The notes under the pieces were generated by a model, which saw only the letters and a list, made by a program, of their open reading frames with translations, did no database searches and was not told the DNA's origin. Below, piece after piece: positions 40,825-55,100 of a stretch of 64,000 bases of DNA. This DNA is from Anaeramoeba ignava BMAN (lineage: Eukaryota; Protista; Anaeramoebae), in assembly GCA_028826165.1 (NCBI GenBank), contig JAPDFW010000003.1, positions 39,550-103,549 of the forward strand, in the 5' to 3' direction. Made by a program: the position numbers and the translations under genes. Position 1 is the stretch's first letter. Each line of letters starts with the position of its first letter.

Positions 40825-41643
40825 TTAATTATTTGAAATTTTTTGATTTAAATTTGAAACTTCTTTAAGTGATTTAATTTGAGTTGAACCAAAATCTTTT
40901 TTGAATTGAGTTTGTAATTCATTTAAAGATTTTGAAAATTGGGGATCATTTTCTTTTTGTTTATTTAATAATAAAAGATCTTCTGAAGAAATTAATTGAT
41001 TAATTTCTTGATTTGTATTTTGAATATAATTTTGAAATTGAACAGAGAAATTTATCATTTCGTGCAAAGAAGATGATTCAGAATCATTATTTAAAGAAGT
41101 GACTTTTTGGATGAATTGAGATAATTTTTCTTGATTGTTTTGAATGTTGTTTTTTGATACAATTTTTGTTTTAAATTGATTTTCAATTAATTTTTTTTTG
41201 GATTGAAGTTCTATTTTTTGATTTTTCATTTTTTCAATTTCTTTTTTTAAATTCTGGATTTTGTCGCGTAATTTTGAGTTTGATTCTTCTAAGCTTTTGA
41301 TTTTATGGGATTCTTGTTTTAATTGTTGATCTTGTATTTGTTTTTCATTGATTAACATTTTTTCAAGAATTTGAGGAGGAAAATGGAAAATATTTCTTTG
41401 CACATAAATTTCAAATTTATCAAAGTATTTCTGGATAATTGGCCGAAATATTTCGAATGTGCGTGAGCATCCGTCTTTAATTTCTTGGTGGTATTTAACT
41501 TTCATTTCTGCCAAAAGACATTTTTCAATTGCATCAATTCCATCAGCAAAATAATCGTTAATTGCATTATCAACATCATCAAAAAAATCAACAGGAAAAA
41601 AGCCAAAAAATTGGGTTTGTAAATTTAAAATTTGATTCTCCAT
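40825..41643 (-). CDS. MIS12: Kinetochore protein Mis12/Mtw1
   Basis: QFFGFFPVDFFDDVDNAIND...FDKFEIYVQRNIFHFP followed by a coiled coil is the Mis12 family pattern; intronless. Confidence 0.82.
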   Translation of the reverse strand: MENQILNLQTQFFGFFPVDFFDDVDNAINDYFADGIDAIEKCLLAEMKVKYHQEIKDGCSRTFEIFRPIIQKYFDKFEIYVQRNIFHFPPQILEKMLINEKQIQDQQLKQESHKIKSLEESNSKLRDKIQNLKKEIEKMKNQKIELQSKKKLIENQFKTKIVSKNNIQNNQEKLSQFIQKVTSLNNDSESSSLHEMINFSVQFQNYIQNTNQEINQLISSEDLLLLNKQKENDPQFSKSLNELQTQFKKDFGSTQIKSLKEVSNLNQKISNN

Positions 41644-41686
41644 TTTAATTTAAGAAAGAATATATAATTAAAAAAGGGAAAGAAAA

Positions 41687-41860
41687 ATGAAAAAAAATGA
41701 AAAAAAAAATGAAAAAATTTTTAATAAATTTAACGGTTTTTTATTTAATTAAATAAAAAAAGGAGAAAAAATAAAATTAAATTAAAAATTCTCCTTTTTA
41801 ATTTTTTTCATTTTTCATTTTTTCATTTTTTCATTTTTTTAATTTTTTTCATTTTTTCAA
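41687..41860. promoter_or_regulatory. Compact bidirectional promoter (MIS12/ORMDL) with outward-facing tandem TCATTTTT initiator-like motifs
   Basis: Three AAAAATGA copies at 41684-41712 face MIS12 and five TCATTTTT copies at 41808-41856 face ORMDL. Confidence 0.6.
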
Positions 41861-41887
41861 TTTTTTTTTTAGATTTTTTTAAACAAA

Positions 41888-44304
41888 ATGATCAAAGTTG
41901 GACCTGAAGATTCAATCCCTCAAAGAATTGAACCTTTAACTAATAAAAGTATAAATTGGGCTGGTGATAAATTTTTCTGGATTTTTTATGTTTGGATTAT
42001 TTTTGGTTTTCGGATCTTTCTTTGGATGATTGGAATTGAAGATTCTGCTGCTGCTTGGACAGCAACTAATATTGTTCATAGTGTTGTATGTTTAGATTTG
42101 TCAAATTAAATCAAAAATTAACAAAATTTAAAAAAGGAAAAAAAAATTTAAATTTAAAAAGAATAAAATATAATTATTATAATTTTTGAATTAAATTTAA
42201 AAAGAATATAAAATAATTATTATAATTTTTAGATTAAATTTAATAAGAATATAAAATAATTATTATAATTTTTGGATTAAATTTAATAAGAATAAAATAT
42301 AAAATAATTATTACAATTTTTGAATTAAATTTAATAAGAATAAAATATAAAATAATTATTACAATTTTTGAATTAAATTTATTTCCAATTAAATTTAAAA
42401 AGAATAAAATATAAAATAATTATTACAATTTTTGGATTAAATTTATTTCCAATTAAATTTAATAAGAATATAAAATAATTATTATAATTTTTGAATTAAA
42501 TTTATTTCCAATTAATTTTAAAAAGAATAAAATATAAAATAATTATTACAATTTTTGAATTAAATTTATTTCAAATTAAATTTAATAAGAATAAAATATA
42601 AAATAATTATTACAATTTTTGAATTAAATTTATTTTCAAATTAAATTTAATAAGAATAAAAATATAAAATAATTATTATAATTTTTGAATTAAATTTATT
42701 TCCAATTAATTTTAAAAAGAATAAAATATAAAATAATTATTACAATTTTTGAATTAAATTTATTTCCAATTAAATATAAAATAATAAAATATAAAATAAT
42801 TATTACAATTTTTGAATTAAATTTATTTCAAATTAAATTTAATAAGAATAAAATATAAAATAATTATTACAATTTTTGAATTAAATTTATTTCAAATTAA
42901 ATTTAATAAGAATAAATATAAAATAATTATTACAATTTTTGAATTAAATTTATTTCAAATTAATTTTAAAAAGAATATAAAATAATTATTATAATTTTTA
43001 GATTAAATTTAATAAGAATAAAATATAAAATAATTATTATAATTTTTGGATTAAATTTATTTCCAATTAAATTTAAAAAGAATAAAATATAAAATAATTA
43101 TTACAATTTTTGAATTAATTTTATTTCAAATTAATTTCTAAAAAAAATCCAAACTCAAATCTTTTAATTTCTTTTTTCATTATTTATTATTTATTATTTT
43201 TGATTGTTGTTTTTTCTTAGGTTACTTTCTTTGCTTTTCATTGGATTAAAGGAACTCCTTTTTCTTATGATCAAGGTATATATGATAAATTAACTTTTTG
43301 GGAACAAATTGATTGCGAAATCCAAAATACATGGACTAGAAAATTTCTTCTTATTATTCCAATTGTTTTGTAAACATTAATCAAACAAAAAAATAATCAA
43401 ACAAAAAATTAATTAAATCAAAATATTTAATCAAAATATTTAATCAAAATATTAATCAAAATATTTAATTTAATTTAATCAAAATATTTAATCAAAATAT
43501 TTAATCAAAACATGAAATTTAATTTAATCCAAATATTAAAATTAAAACATGAAATTTAATTTAATTTAATTTAATCAAAATATTTAATTTAATTTAATCA
43601 AAAATATTTAATCAAAATATTTAATCAAAATATTAATCAAAATATTTAAATTTAATTAAATCAAAATATTTAATCAAAATATTTAATTTAATTTTAATCA
43701 AACACATGAAATTAATTAAATCCCAATGAAATTAATCAAAATATTAATCAAAATATTTAATTTAATTTAATCAAAATATTAATCAAAATATTTAATTTAA
43801 TTTAAAAAAATATTAAATCAAAATATTAATCAAAACATAAAATTAATTTAATTTAATCAAAATATTTAATTTAATTTAAACAAAATATTTAATTTAATTT
43901 AATCCAAATATTAAAATTAAAACATGAAATTTAATTTAATTTAATCAAAATATTTAATTTAATTAAATCAAAATATTAATCAAAACATGAAATTAATTTA
44001 AACAAAATATTTAATCAAAATATTTAATTTAATTTAATCAAAATATTTAATCCAAATATTTAATCAAAATATTTAATCAAAATATTAATCAAAACATGAA
44101 ATTAATTAAATCAAAATATTAAAATCAAAACATGAAATTTAATCAAAATATTTTTTCATAATTTATTTTAGGTTACTTATCACTTGCAATCACACAAAAC
44201 AAAACACTTCTTTAATGATGGTGAATGTTTTTTTTGCTAGTTTTGTGATCATTGGAAAATTTCCTGCAATGCATCGAGTTAGGATTCTTGGAATTAATAA
44301 ATAA
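41888..44304 (+). CDS. ORMDL: ORMDL/Orm sphingolipid synthesis regulator
   Basis: Exons 41888-42085, 43221-43369, 44172-44304 (159 aa). AWTATNIVH, FHWIKGTPF, LTFWEQID, RKFL and KFPAMHRVRILGINK are ORMDL signatures; exons 2-3 are absent from the ORF track. Confidence 0.94.
42160..43140 (+). repeat. ~60-bp intronic minisatellite (AAGAATAAAATATAAAATAATTATTACAATTTTTGAATTAAATTTATTTCCAATTAAATTTAA)
   Basis: Read directly; ORMDL intron 1. Confidence 0.88.
43400..44150 (+). repeat. (AATCAAAATATTT)-type intronic satellite
   Basis: Read directly; ORMDL intron 2. Confidence 0.88.
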
Positions 44305-44664
44305 TTCCTTTCTTTTTCTCCTTTTCTTTCTCCTTTTCTTTCTCCTTTTCTCTTTTTCTTCTCCTTTTTCTTTTTCTTTTCTTCTTTTTCTTTTTCTTCT
44401 TTTCTTTTTCTTTGATTTTGGAGAATTAATTCAAGCTTATTCTTGAAATTTTGTTGTCTGTATCGTTCTCAGAACAAAAAATTTGAAGATTTTTTCTTTG
44501 TTTTCAGAAAATCTTCTTTTTCTCACTTTTTTTTTTTTTAAAAAAAGAATAAATTCCAAAAAAAAAAACCAATTTAAAACAATTTAAAAAAATTTTTTTA
44601 ATTTTATAAAAAAAAAATTTAAATTAAAAAATTCATTTTTTTTCCTTTTTTTTCTTTTAAAAAA

Positions 44665-47600
44665 ATGTCTGATAAAGAAAACAAAAATTCATTAAAAGAA
44701 CCAGTACAAAATTTAAATACAAATTAAATTCAAAATTAAACACAAATTTAAATTCAAATACAAATTTAAATTCTTAATTTAAATATAAATTAAATACAAA
44801 TTCAAATACAAATTCAAATTCTTAATTTAAATATAAATACAAATACAAATACAAATATAAATACAAATATAAATACAAATACAAATACAAATTCAAATAT
44901 AAATATAAATGCAAATACAAATTTAAATTCAAATTCTTAATTTTAAAATAAAATCAAATTCAAAATCAAAATTAAATTCAAATACAAATTCAAATTCAAA
45001 TTCTTAATTTAAATACAAATATAAATACAAATACAAATATAAATTTAAAATCAAATTACAAATTCAAATACAAATATAAATACAAATATACATTTAAATA
45101 CAAATACAAATTTAAAACAGATACAAATACAAATACAAATACAAATTTAAATTCAAACACAAATACAAATTTAAATACAAATTCAAACATAAATACAAAT
45201 TTAAATTCAAACACAAATACAAATTAAATTCAAAATCAAATTAATTCAAATACAAATATACATTTAAATACAAATTTAAATACAAATTAAATTCAAAATT
45301 AAATACAAATTTAAATTCAAATTTTTAATTTAAATACAAATTCAAATACAAATTTAAATTCAAAAATCAAAATTAAATATAAATACAAATTATACATTTA
45401 AATTAAATTCAAAAATCAAAATTTAAATTCAAATACAAATATACATTTAAATATAAATTTAAATATAAAATTCAAATTCAAACACAAATTCAAATTCTTA
45501 ATTTAAATACAAATTCAAATACAAATATAAATACAAATAAAAATCAAATATAAATTCAAATACAAATATAAATACAAATTTAAATGCAAATACAAAATTT
45601 AAAATAAACAAATTAAATTCAAAATTCAAATTTAAATACAAATACAAATTCAAATTCAAATTCAAATTCAAATTCAAATTCAAATTCAAATTCTTAAATT
45701 AAATTCAAATTTAAATATAAATATAAATACAAATTCAAATATAAATTTAAATACAAATACAAATTCAAATACAAATTCAAATATAAATTTAATTCAAATA
45801 TAAATATAAATACAAATATAAATATAAATACAAATTTAAAATCAATGATTCCTTTTTTTTTCTTTTGAATAGAGATTTCCATCTTATAGTTTCTTTGAAG
45901 AACCACAAAAATTTACACAAACAACTGGATATAAAGTTCGAATTAGAAATTTAGATTTTGAAATAACAAACACAGAATTAAAACGTCTTTTAAGTTCCGA
46001 TGGTAAAATTAAGAAGGTTAATATTAAATTTGATAGATCTGGAAGATCAAAAGGTCTTGGCTATTTATATTTTTATGATGAAAGAAGTGCTAAAAATGTT
46101 ATACATTATTGGAATAATAGAATTATTAGAAAAAAACCAATCAGCTTGGAATTTTTAGGTTTTGTTACTGGAAATGATGTTCCAAAGTGAGAAATCATTT
46201 AGAGCTTTTGGAATTTTAAATCAAAATTAAACCAAAATCAAAATCAAAATCAAAATCAAAATCAAAATCAAAATCAAAATCAAAATCAAAATTAAAATCA
46301 AAATCAAAATTCAAAATCAAAATCAAAATTAAAATCAAAATTAAATCAAAATTAAATCAAAATTAAATTAAAATTAAATCAAATTTAAATTAAAATCAAA
46401 ATTAAAATAAAATTAAAATCAAAATTAAATTCAAAATTAAATTTAAATAAAAATCAAAATTAAATTAAATTAAACCAAAATCAAAATTAAATCAAAATCA
46501 AAATTAAATCAAAATCAAAATTAAATAAAAATCAAAATTAAATTTAAATTTAAAATCAAATCAAAATATAATTAAAATTAAATCAAAATTAAATTAAAAT
46601 TAATTAAAATCAAATTAAAATTAAATTAAAATTAAAATTAATTCAAAATTAATTAAAATCAAAATCAAAATAAAATCAAAATTAAAATCAAAATCAAAAT
46701 ATAATTAAAATTAAATCAAATTAAATCAAATTAAAAAATTAAATCAAAATTAAAATCAAAATTAAAATCAAAATTAAATTTAAATTTAAATTTAAAATCA
46801 AATTTTATTAGTTCACGCTCAAGTGATGATTGGAGAAAAGATAAAATCGCTACATGGAATGAAAATAAAACTAATCCAGAAGCACAATTAAGTCGTTCTA
46901 ATGGAGATTGGAATGAAGCAAGAAATCAAACTTGGAGACTATTAAGACAAGAAGAAAAAGAACAAGAATTCAATTCAGCAAAATATTCAGAACACAAATC
47001 AAAAAAACATTCAAAAAAATCACCAAAAAGGGATTATAATCAATCATATAATAGAAGAAGAAGAAAGAAAAATGAAGAGTCTTTAAGTAAAAGTACAAGT
47101 AAAAGTTCAAGTAAAAGTTTAAGTAAAAGTTTAAGTACAAGTAAAAGTTTAAGTAAAAGTAAAAGTAAAAGTAAAAGCAAAAGCAAAAGCAAAAGCAAAA
47201 GCAAAAGTGATTCTGAAAAATATAAACATTATAATTCTTATTCAAATGATACAGACTCTCATTCAAAAGAACAATATCGCAATTTATATAAAAATAACAA
47301 TTATCAAAAACAAAACCTTATAAATGTTAATCCTCATATTGATAATTTTGAAATCAAACCGAAATCAAAATCAAATTCTAAATCAATTTCAATTTCAATT
47401 TCCAAATCCTTTTCTAAATCAAAATCAAAATCAAAATCAAAATCAAAATCAAATTCAAAATCAAATTCAAAATCAATTTCAATTTCCAAATCCTTTTCTA
47501 AATCAAAATCAAATTCTAAATCAAAATCAAAATCAAAATCAAATTCAAAATCAATTTCTAAATCAATTTCAAAATCAAAATCAAAATCAATTTCTAAATC

Positions 47601-48536
47601 AAAACAATTTCTAAATCAAAATCAAATTCAAATTCAAATCAAAATCAAATTGAAAATCAAAATCAAATTGAAAATCAAAATCAAAATCAAAATCAAATTC
47701 AAATTCAAAATCAAAATCAAAATCTAAATCAAAATCAAATTCTAAATCAAAAACCAAAATCAAAATCAAAATCAAAAAGAAAACATTCAAAATCAAGAAG
47801 AAAACATTCAAAAAGAAAACATTCAAAATCAAGAAGAAAACATTCAAAAAGAAAGCAATCAAATTCAAATGAAAAATCAAATGAAAAAAAAATTTATGAT
47901 GAAAATGAAGAAAAGAAATGGGAAGAAGAATACAAAAGAGAAATCCAACAATACGATCCAATTCTAAATCAAATGGAACACATAGAAGAAATTCAAATAA
48001 CAAAAAAACCATTTGAATTACCACAAACAAAAATTTCACAAAATAAAACATCAAATCAAAACGAAATTTTTCAAAAACTTCAAGAAAATGCAAATCGAAA
48101 CGATTCAAATGAAAATTATAATGAAAATTTCAAATCAAATCAAGTTGTAAGTTATGGATTAAAAGAATATCTTTCAAGAAGATCAAGCAATCCCAAAGAT
48201 GAAAAAAAAAGAAAAAAAGAAATTGATGAAGTTAATTTTGATCAAGTTAAAAAAAGACAACTTTTAGAAGGAAATGAATCAAAATCAAAATCGAAATCAA
48301 AATCAAAAAAATCAAAAAAATCAATTAGTTTATCTAGTTCAAGTGAATCAAGTGAATCAAGTGAATCAAATGAAAAAAAATTAAGAAAATTTAGAGATCA
48401 TCTTACTTGGAAATATAAACAAAAATTAAAGCAAAAAATGAAAATGAAAAAAAAAGAATATATTCATAAAATTCAAGAAAAATGTAGGAAAAAAAAGAAA
48501 CAAATCCAATCAATGAAAAATCAAAAGAAAATTTAA
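44665..48536 (+). CDS. ALY/REF (THOC4)-type RRM protein with long SK/NQ low-complexity tail
   Basis: Exons 44665-44703, 45873-46186, 46812-48536. KVRIRNLDFEITNTELKRLL...KFDRSGRSKGLGYLYF is an ALY/REF-like RRM that the ORF track misses. The frame is broken in repeats at 47350-47970, so the 3' part is uncertain. Confidence 0.65.
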
Positions 48537-48765
48537 AGAAAAGAAAATTAAATTTAATTAAAATTTAATTTAGAAATAAAATTAAAAATCAATTTAAAAA
48601 AAAAATTATTTAATTTTTATTGTGATTTTTTTTTAAGATCTCTTTCCAAAACCAAAAGAGCGGAAAAGAAAGAAAAGAAAAGTAAAGAAAAGTAAAGAAA
48701 AAAGAAGAAGAAAAAGAAGAAAAAGAAAAAGAAAAAAAATGAGAACTTTTTGAAAGTTTGCCAGT

Positions 48766-51700
48766 TCAATTTATTTCTTTAATTCTCTTCATAACTTCGT
48801 CATTAAAATGTCTCAACAAACCTTCAATAGGCAAAGCAGCAGCTTCAGCCAAAGCACAAACAGTTGTACCTTTCATAGCAGCAACGATATCCTTAAGATA
48901 TTGAATTTCATTTTTGTTCGCAACACCAAGAACAAGACGGTCCATGATAGCATTAAGATAAGCAGTGCCTTCTCTGCATGGGATGCACTGACCACAAGAT
49001 TCGTGGTGATAGAAGTGAGCGAGACGAGCAATAGCCTTGATGATATCTGTAGATTTATCCATGACGATAACGGCACCAGTTCCAAGGGAAGTTTTAGCAT
49101 CAGCAAGAGAATCATAATCCATAAGAACATCTTGACAAATTTGCTTGGGAATAACAGGGGTTGAGGATCCGCCAGGGATTACGGCAAGGAGATTATCCCA
49201 ACCGCCAATAACACCGCCTGCATGTTTTTCAATTAAATCTTTGAGAGGGATTCCCATTTCCTCTTCAACAACACAAGGATTATTGACATGACCTGAAATT
49301 GAAAAGAGTTTTGTGCCGTGATTATTTTTTCTGCCGAACGAGTTATACCACGAGGATCCGCGGCGAAGAATCGTTGGGCATGAGGCAATTGTTTCTACGT
49401 TATTCACATTTGTTGGGCATCCCCATAAGCCATATTGTGGCGGGAAGGGTGGCTTGATTCGTGGTTTTCCTGCCTTCCCTTCAAGTGACTCAATCAGTGC
49501 TGTTTCTTCTCCGCAAACGTAAGCGCCTGCTCCTGGATGCACATATATGTCGAAATCGTATCCTGTCTTGCATGCGTTTTTCCCAATCATTCCTTCTTTA
49601 TATGCTTCTTGGATTGCTTCTTCTAATCGTTTTTGTGTTTCTTTGAATTCCCCTCGAATGTAAATGTATGCTGCTCGGCAGTTCATTGCATATCCAGCTA
49701 AAAGGCATCCTTCAATGAGCTTCTGTGGATCGTGTCTCATGATCTCCCGATCTTTACATGTTCCTGGTTCACCTTCGTCTGCGTTGATTACAAGGTATGA
49801 TGTTCTTTTTTTATCCGATTTTAAATTTTTAATTTTAATTTTATAAATGAATTTTAATTATAAATTTATAAATGAATTTTAATTTCATAAATGAATTTTA
49901 ATTTTAATTATAATTTTATAAATGAATTTTAATTATAAATTTATAAATGAATTTTAAAAATGAATTTTAATTTTAATTTTAATTTTAATTTTAATTTTAA
50001 TTTTAATTTTAATTTTAAATTTTAATTTTAATTTTAATTTTAAATTTTAATTTTAATTTTAATTTTGATTTTGATTTTGATTTTAATTTTAATTTTGATT
50101 TTAATTTTGATTTTAATTTTAATTTTAATTTTGATTTTAATTTTAATTATAATTTTATAAATGAATTTTAATTTTAATTACTTGTCACTATTTTGAGGCA
50201 TAAAAGACCATTTTAATCCAGTTGGAAAACCAGCACCACCTCTACCTCTTAAACCACTTGCTTTAATTTCATCAATAATATATTTTTTTCCTTTTTCAAT
50301 AATATTTTTTGTTTTATACCAATCTCCTCTTTTAATTGCTCCCTTTTAATTTAATTTTAATTTCAATTTAATTTCAATTTAATTTAATTTTATTTCAAAA
50401 TAATTTAATTTTATTTCAAAATAATTTAATTTTAATTTTAATTTAAATTTAATTTCAATTTAAATTTATTTCAATTTAAATTTATTTCAAAATAATTTAA
50501 TTTTAATTTTATTTCAAAATAATTTAATTTTAATTTTATTTCAATTTTATTTCAATTTAATTTTAATTTTAATTTTAATTTCAATTTTAATTTCAATTTT
50601 AATTTCAATTTTAATTTCATTTTAATTATTTCAATTTAATTTCAAAATAATTTCAATTTCAATTTAATTTCAATTTTAATTTAATTTCAATTTAATTTTA
50701 ATTTAATTTTAATTTCAATTTAATTTCAATTTTAATTTAATTTCAATTTAATTTTAATTTTAATTTTAATTTTAATTTCAATTTAATTTCAATTTAATTT
50801 CAATTTTAATTTAATTTCAATTTAATTTAATTTCAATTTAATTTAATTTTATTTCAATTCAATTTAATTTTATTTCAATTTCAATTTAATTTTAATTTCA
50901 ATTTAATTTTAATTTAATTTCAATTTAATTTCAATTTCAATTTCAATTTCAATTTCAATTTAAATTTAATTTTAATTTTAATTTCAATTTCAATTTCAAT
51001 TTTAATTTTATTTTAATTTCAATTTAATTTAATTTCAATTTTGATTTAATTTTAATTTCAATTTAATTTTAATTTCAATTCAATTTAATTTTAATTTTAT
51101 TTTAATTTAATTTTAATTTAATTTCAATTTCAATTTAATTTAATTTTAATTTAATTTTAATTTAATTTCATTTCATTTTAATTTTAATTTCAATTTAATT
51201 TTAATTTCAATTTAATTTAATTTAATTTTAATTTAATTTCAATTTTGATTTAATTTCAATTTAATTTTAATTCAATTTCAATTTTGATTTAATTTCAAAA
51301 TAATTTCAATTTTATTTTAATTTAATTTCAATTTTATTTCAATTTTATTTCAATTTTAATTTAATTTAATTTTAATTTCAATTTAATTTTTAATTTAATT
51401 TAATTTTAATTTCAATTTAATTTCAATTTCAATTTAATTTTAATTTCAATTTAATTTTAATTTCAATTTAATTTTAATTTCAATTTTAATTTAATTTCAA
51501 TTTTAATTTCAATTTAATTTAAATTTTAATTTCAATTTAATTTTAATTCAATTTCAATTTTGATTTAATTTCAAAATAATTTGTTTTGTTTTGTTTTGTT
51601 TTGTTTTGTTTTGTTTTTGTTGCTTATTTTAAATTTATATAAAAAAAAAATTTTTTTTATACCTGGATTTTCCAATCATGATCACCATATAAATTTGTAA

Positions 51701-51836
51701 ATACTCTGTCTGAATCCTTTAAATCACCATAAAATCGTTGTCCAACTTGAGAAACTAAAGTTTTCGTAAATTGTGTAGAAGTTATTTTTTGTAAACTTTT
51801 CAAAGAAGTTCGATGAGCTTTAATTATTGAAAGCAT
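48766..51836 (-). CDS. nuoF: NADH dehydrogenase 51-kDa flavoprotein subunit (NuoF/NDUFV1) with organellar presequence
   Basis: Exons 51836-51663, 50342-50182, 49804-48766 (457 aa). [40 protein letters not shown] and the Fe-S motif [13 protein letters not shown]...C. Confidence 0.97.
50345..51580 (-). repeat. (AAATTG/AAATTA)n intronic satellite
   Basis: Read directly; NuoF intron 1. Confidence 0.93.
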
Positions 51837-52142
51837 TTTTTTTTTTTTTAATTAATTATTTTTTAAAAAAAAATGAAAAAATGAAAAAAAAAATTTAATT
51901 AAAAAAAAAATAATAAAAAGAAAGAAGAAAAAAAAAATAAAAGGAGAAAATTTTAATTTTTATTATTTTTTTCTTGATTAAAAAAAAAGAAAAAAAGAAA
52001 AAAAAATAAAAGGAAATAATTTGGATTAAAAAAAAAATCCCGAATCCATTTTTTTTCTTTTTAAAATTTTCACTTTTTTTTTTATCTTCAAATTATAGAG
52101 AAATAAATTCAAATCAATAATTTCAATTCAAAAAATAAAGAA

Positions 52143-55100
52143 TTATTTCTTTTTCTTTTCATATTTCTTTTTAAAAAATTTTTCATCATCTGAACTTTCA
52201 TTTTTTTTATCATTTGATTGTTCATCATTTGATTGTTCATCATCTTGTTCACTTAAAGAACTTGTTCTTGAATCAAAATCTTGCCAATTTTCTTTTTCAA
52301 TTTTATTTTTTTCTTTTTCTTTTTCTTTTTCTTTTTCTTTTTCTTTTTCTTGATCTTCTTTTAATTTTTTTTTCCCTAATGATCCTAATTTAACATAATT
52401 TTCTGGTATTTGAAATACAGTTGAATCTGATGTTTTTTCTTCAAATTCTGTGAATGAAACGCGAGCAGAAATTCCTGGAAAAAGTGGTATTTCTAAATTT
52501 TTGAATTTTATAAATGAATTTTAATTATAATTTTAATTTTAATTTTGATTTTAATTATAATTTTAATTTTAATTTTGATTTTAATTTTATAATTATAATT
52601 TTAATTTTAATTTTAATTTTAATTTTAATTTTAATTTTAATTTTAATTTTAATTTTAATTTTAATTTTGATTTTAATTTTTAATTTTAATTTTAATTTTG
52701 ATTTTAATTTTAATTTTAATTTTATTTTTAATTTTATAATTTTAATTTTAATTTTAATTTTAATTTTATAATTTTAATTTTAATTTTAATTTTAATTTTA
52801 ATTTTAATTTTAATTTTAATTTTAATTTTAATTTTAATTTTAATTTTAATTTTAATTTTAATTTTAATTTTAATTTTAATTTTAATTTTAATTTTAATTT
52901 TAATTTTGATTTTAATTTTTAATTTTAATTTTAATTTTAATTTTTAATTATAATTTTAATTTTTACCAAGTTTAACTGGAAATCCTTCAAATGGTAATTT
53001 CATACTAATAAAATCTTTGAGTTTTTCTACTTGTTGATTTGAGGGTGCAAATATTTCTAATATTGGAAGTAATTGATCAATTGTAAGTGGAAAATTTTTT
53101 GATACACAAACTGTACTTGAAAAAGATTTAGATGTTTTAATAATTTCAGGTTGAGAATCATTTTTCTTCTCATTTTTTGTATTAATATTTTTATCTTGAA
53201 TATTTTCTTTAATTTCATTCTTATTTTTTTGCGTAATTTTATGATTTTCATTTGAATTTTCATTTGAATTTTGATTTTGATTATTTTGATTATTTTGATT
53301 ATTTTGATTTTTATTATTTTGATTTGAATTTTGATTTGAATTTTGATTTGAATTTTGATTTGAATTTTCATTTGAATTTTGATTTGAATTTTGATTTGAA
53401 TTTTGATTTGAACTTTTATTCTGATTTTTTCGTTTTTTTGTATTATCAAGAGTATTTTTAAGTTGAAAATTTTGTTCTTTTTGAAGTTTTCTTTGATTTT
53501 GAATTTTGATTTGAATTTTGATTTGAATTTTGATTTGAATTTTCATTTAAATTTTCATTTAAATTTTCATCAGTAAAATTTGGTTCTTTTAATAATTCTT
53601 TGTGTGGTGATTTTCTAATTAAAGCTTCATAAGTTATATTTTTTAACTCAAAAACATCTGCTTTCCATTTTCCAACTTTTTCTGTTTTAAAATCTCCAAA
53701 AAATCCCTTTTTCCTTTTCAAACTAAAAGTTTTAGTGTTTAAATTTCCTTGAATTGTATCATTAGCTAATAAAATATCAATATCTTGATCTAATGGAACA
53801 ATTTCAATTTTTCCAATGTGCTTAGTTGTGTTAAAAAAAGTTTTTTGTTCATGATCAATAACTAAAACATCTCCAGAATTTTCTTTTGTTTTTTTTTTTA
53901 AAATCAAAAAAGATATTTTTTTAGATTTTGATTTTGATTTTGATTTTGATTTTCAATTTGATTTTCATTTTGATTTTGATTTTGATTTTGATTTTGATTT
54001 TGATTTTGATTTTGATTTTCAATTTGATTTTGAATTTGATTTTAATTTTAATTTTTAATTTGATTTTGATTTTGAATTTGAATTTGGATTTGAATTTGAA
54101 TTTTAATTTTTAAATATTATCAAACCTTTATCTAATCCTAATAAAAGAAAACTAACTTTTCCTCGAATCCACTTCATATTCTTGAAACCAATTAATGTGC
54201 AATCAAGTCGAATATTTGATCCTTTTTTCCAAATGTGATATTCATCTGAAGGACAAAATTTACTTAAAAATGGAATCCAAGTTGAAACATTCCAATGTAT
54301 TTTCATAAAGAAATTTGGAAGCTGTAATTATAATTTTAATTTGAATTTGATTTTATTTTTAATTTTAATTTTAATTTTGAATTTTAATTTTAATTTTGAT
54401 TTAGAATTTTAATTTTGATTTTGATTTTAATTTTAATTTTGAATTTTGAATTTTGAATTTGAATTTGATTTTAATTTTGATTTTGATTTTAATTTTAATT
54501 TTAATTTTTAATTTTGATTTTAATTTTAATTTTAATTTTAATTTTGATTTTAATTTTAATTTTAATTTTAATTTTAATTTGAATTTTAATTTGAATTTTA
54601 ATTATAATTTTAATTTTAATTTTAATTTTAATTTTGATTTTAATTATAATAACCTCTTCAATTTTTTGAAGAGCAACAGGAAGTTTTTTATGATAAAGTT
54701 GAATCATTTTCTTATTCAAAGCGATATAGATAATTTTTAAAGTTTCTTTATCACCCCAATAAGTACATTCCTAAAGAAAAAAAATAAAGAAAAAATTAGT
54801 AAAAATAAAAATAAAATAAAATAAAATAAAATATACTTGAATTGCAGTCCATCCATTCTTCTTTTGTGCTCCAGGATCAGCACCAAATTCAATAAGAATC
54901 TTTACGGCTTCTTTATTACGATATTCTATTGCGTGAAGAAGTGGAGTATCTCCATTTTCATTTTTGAAATTTATTTCAGTATCAGTTGATGATTTTAATA
55001 ATTCCCTTAATTTCTCAAGATCATTTTCATTTATTGCTTTGAAAATTTCTTGTGGATTTGGAAGAATTTTGCTTTTTTTTTGTTTTTCTTTTTGTTTTTC

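Noticed and set aside
42160-43140. CRISPR-like repeat array
   Set aside because: The units are contiguous degenerate tandem copies with no unique spacers, inside a eukaryotic intron.
48808-49164. Antisense ORFs over NuoF, the VWA genes, the WD40 gene and the Myb gene
   Set aside because: Shadow frames of real coding exons with no independent features.
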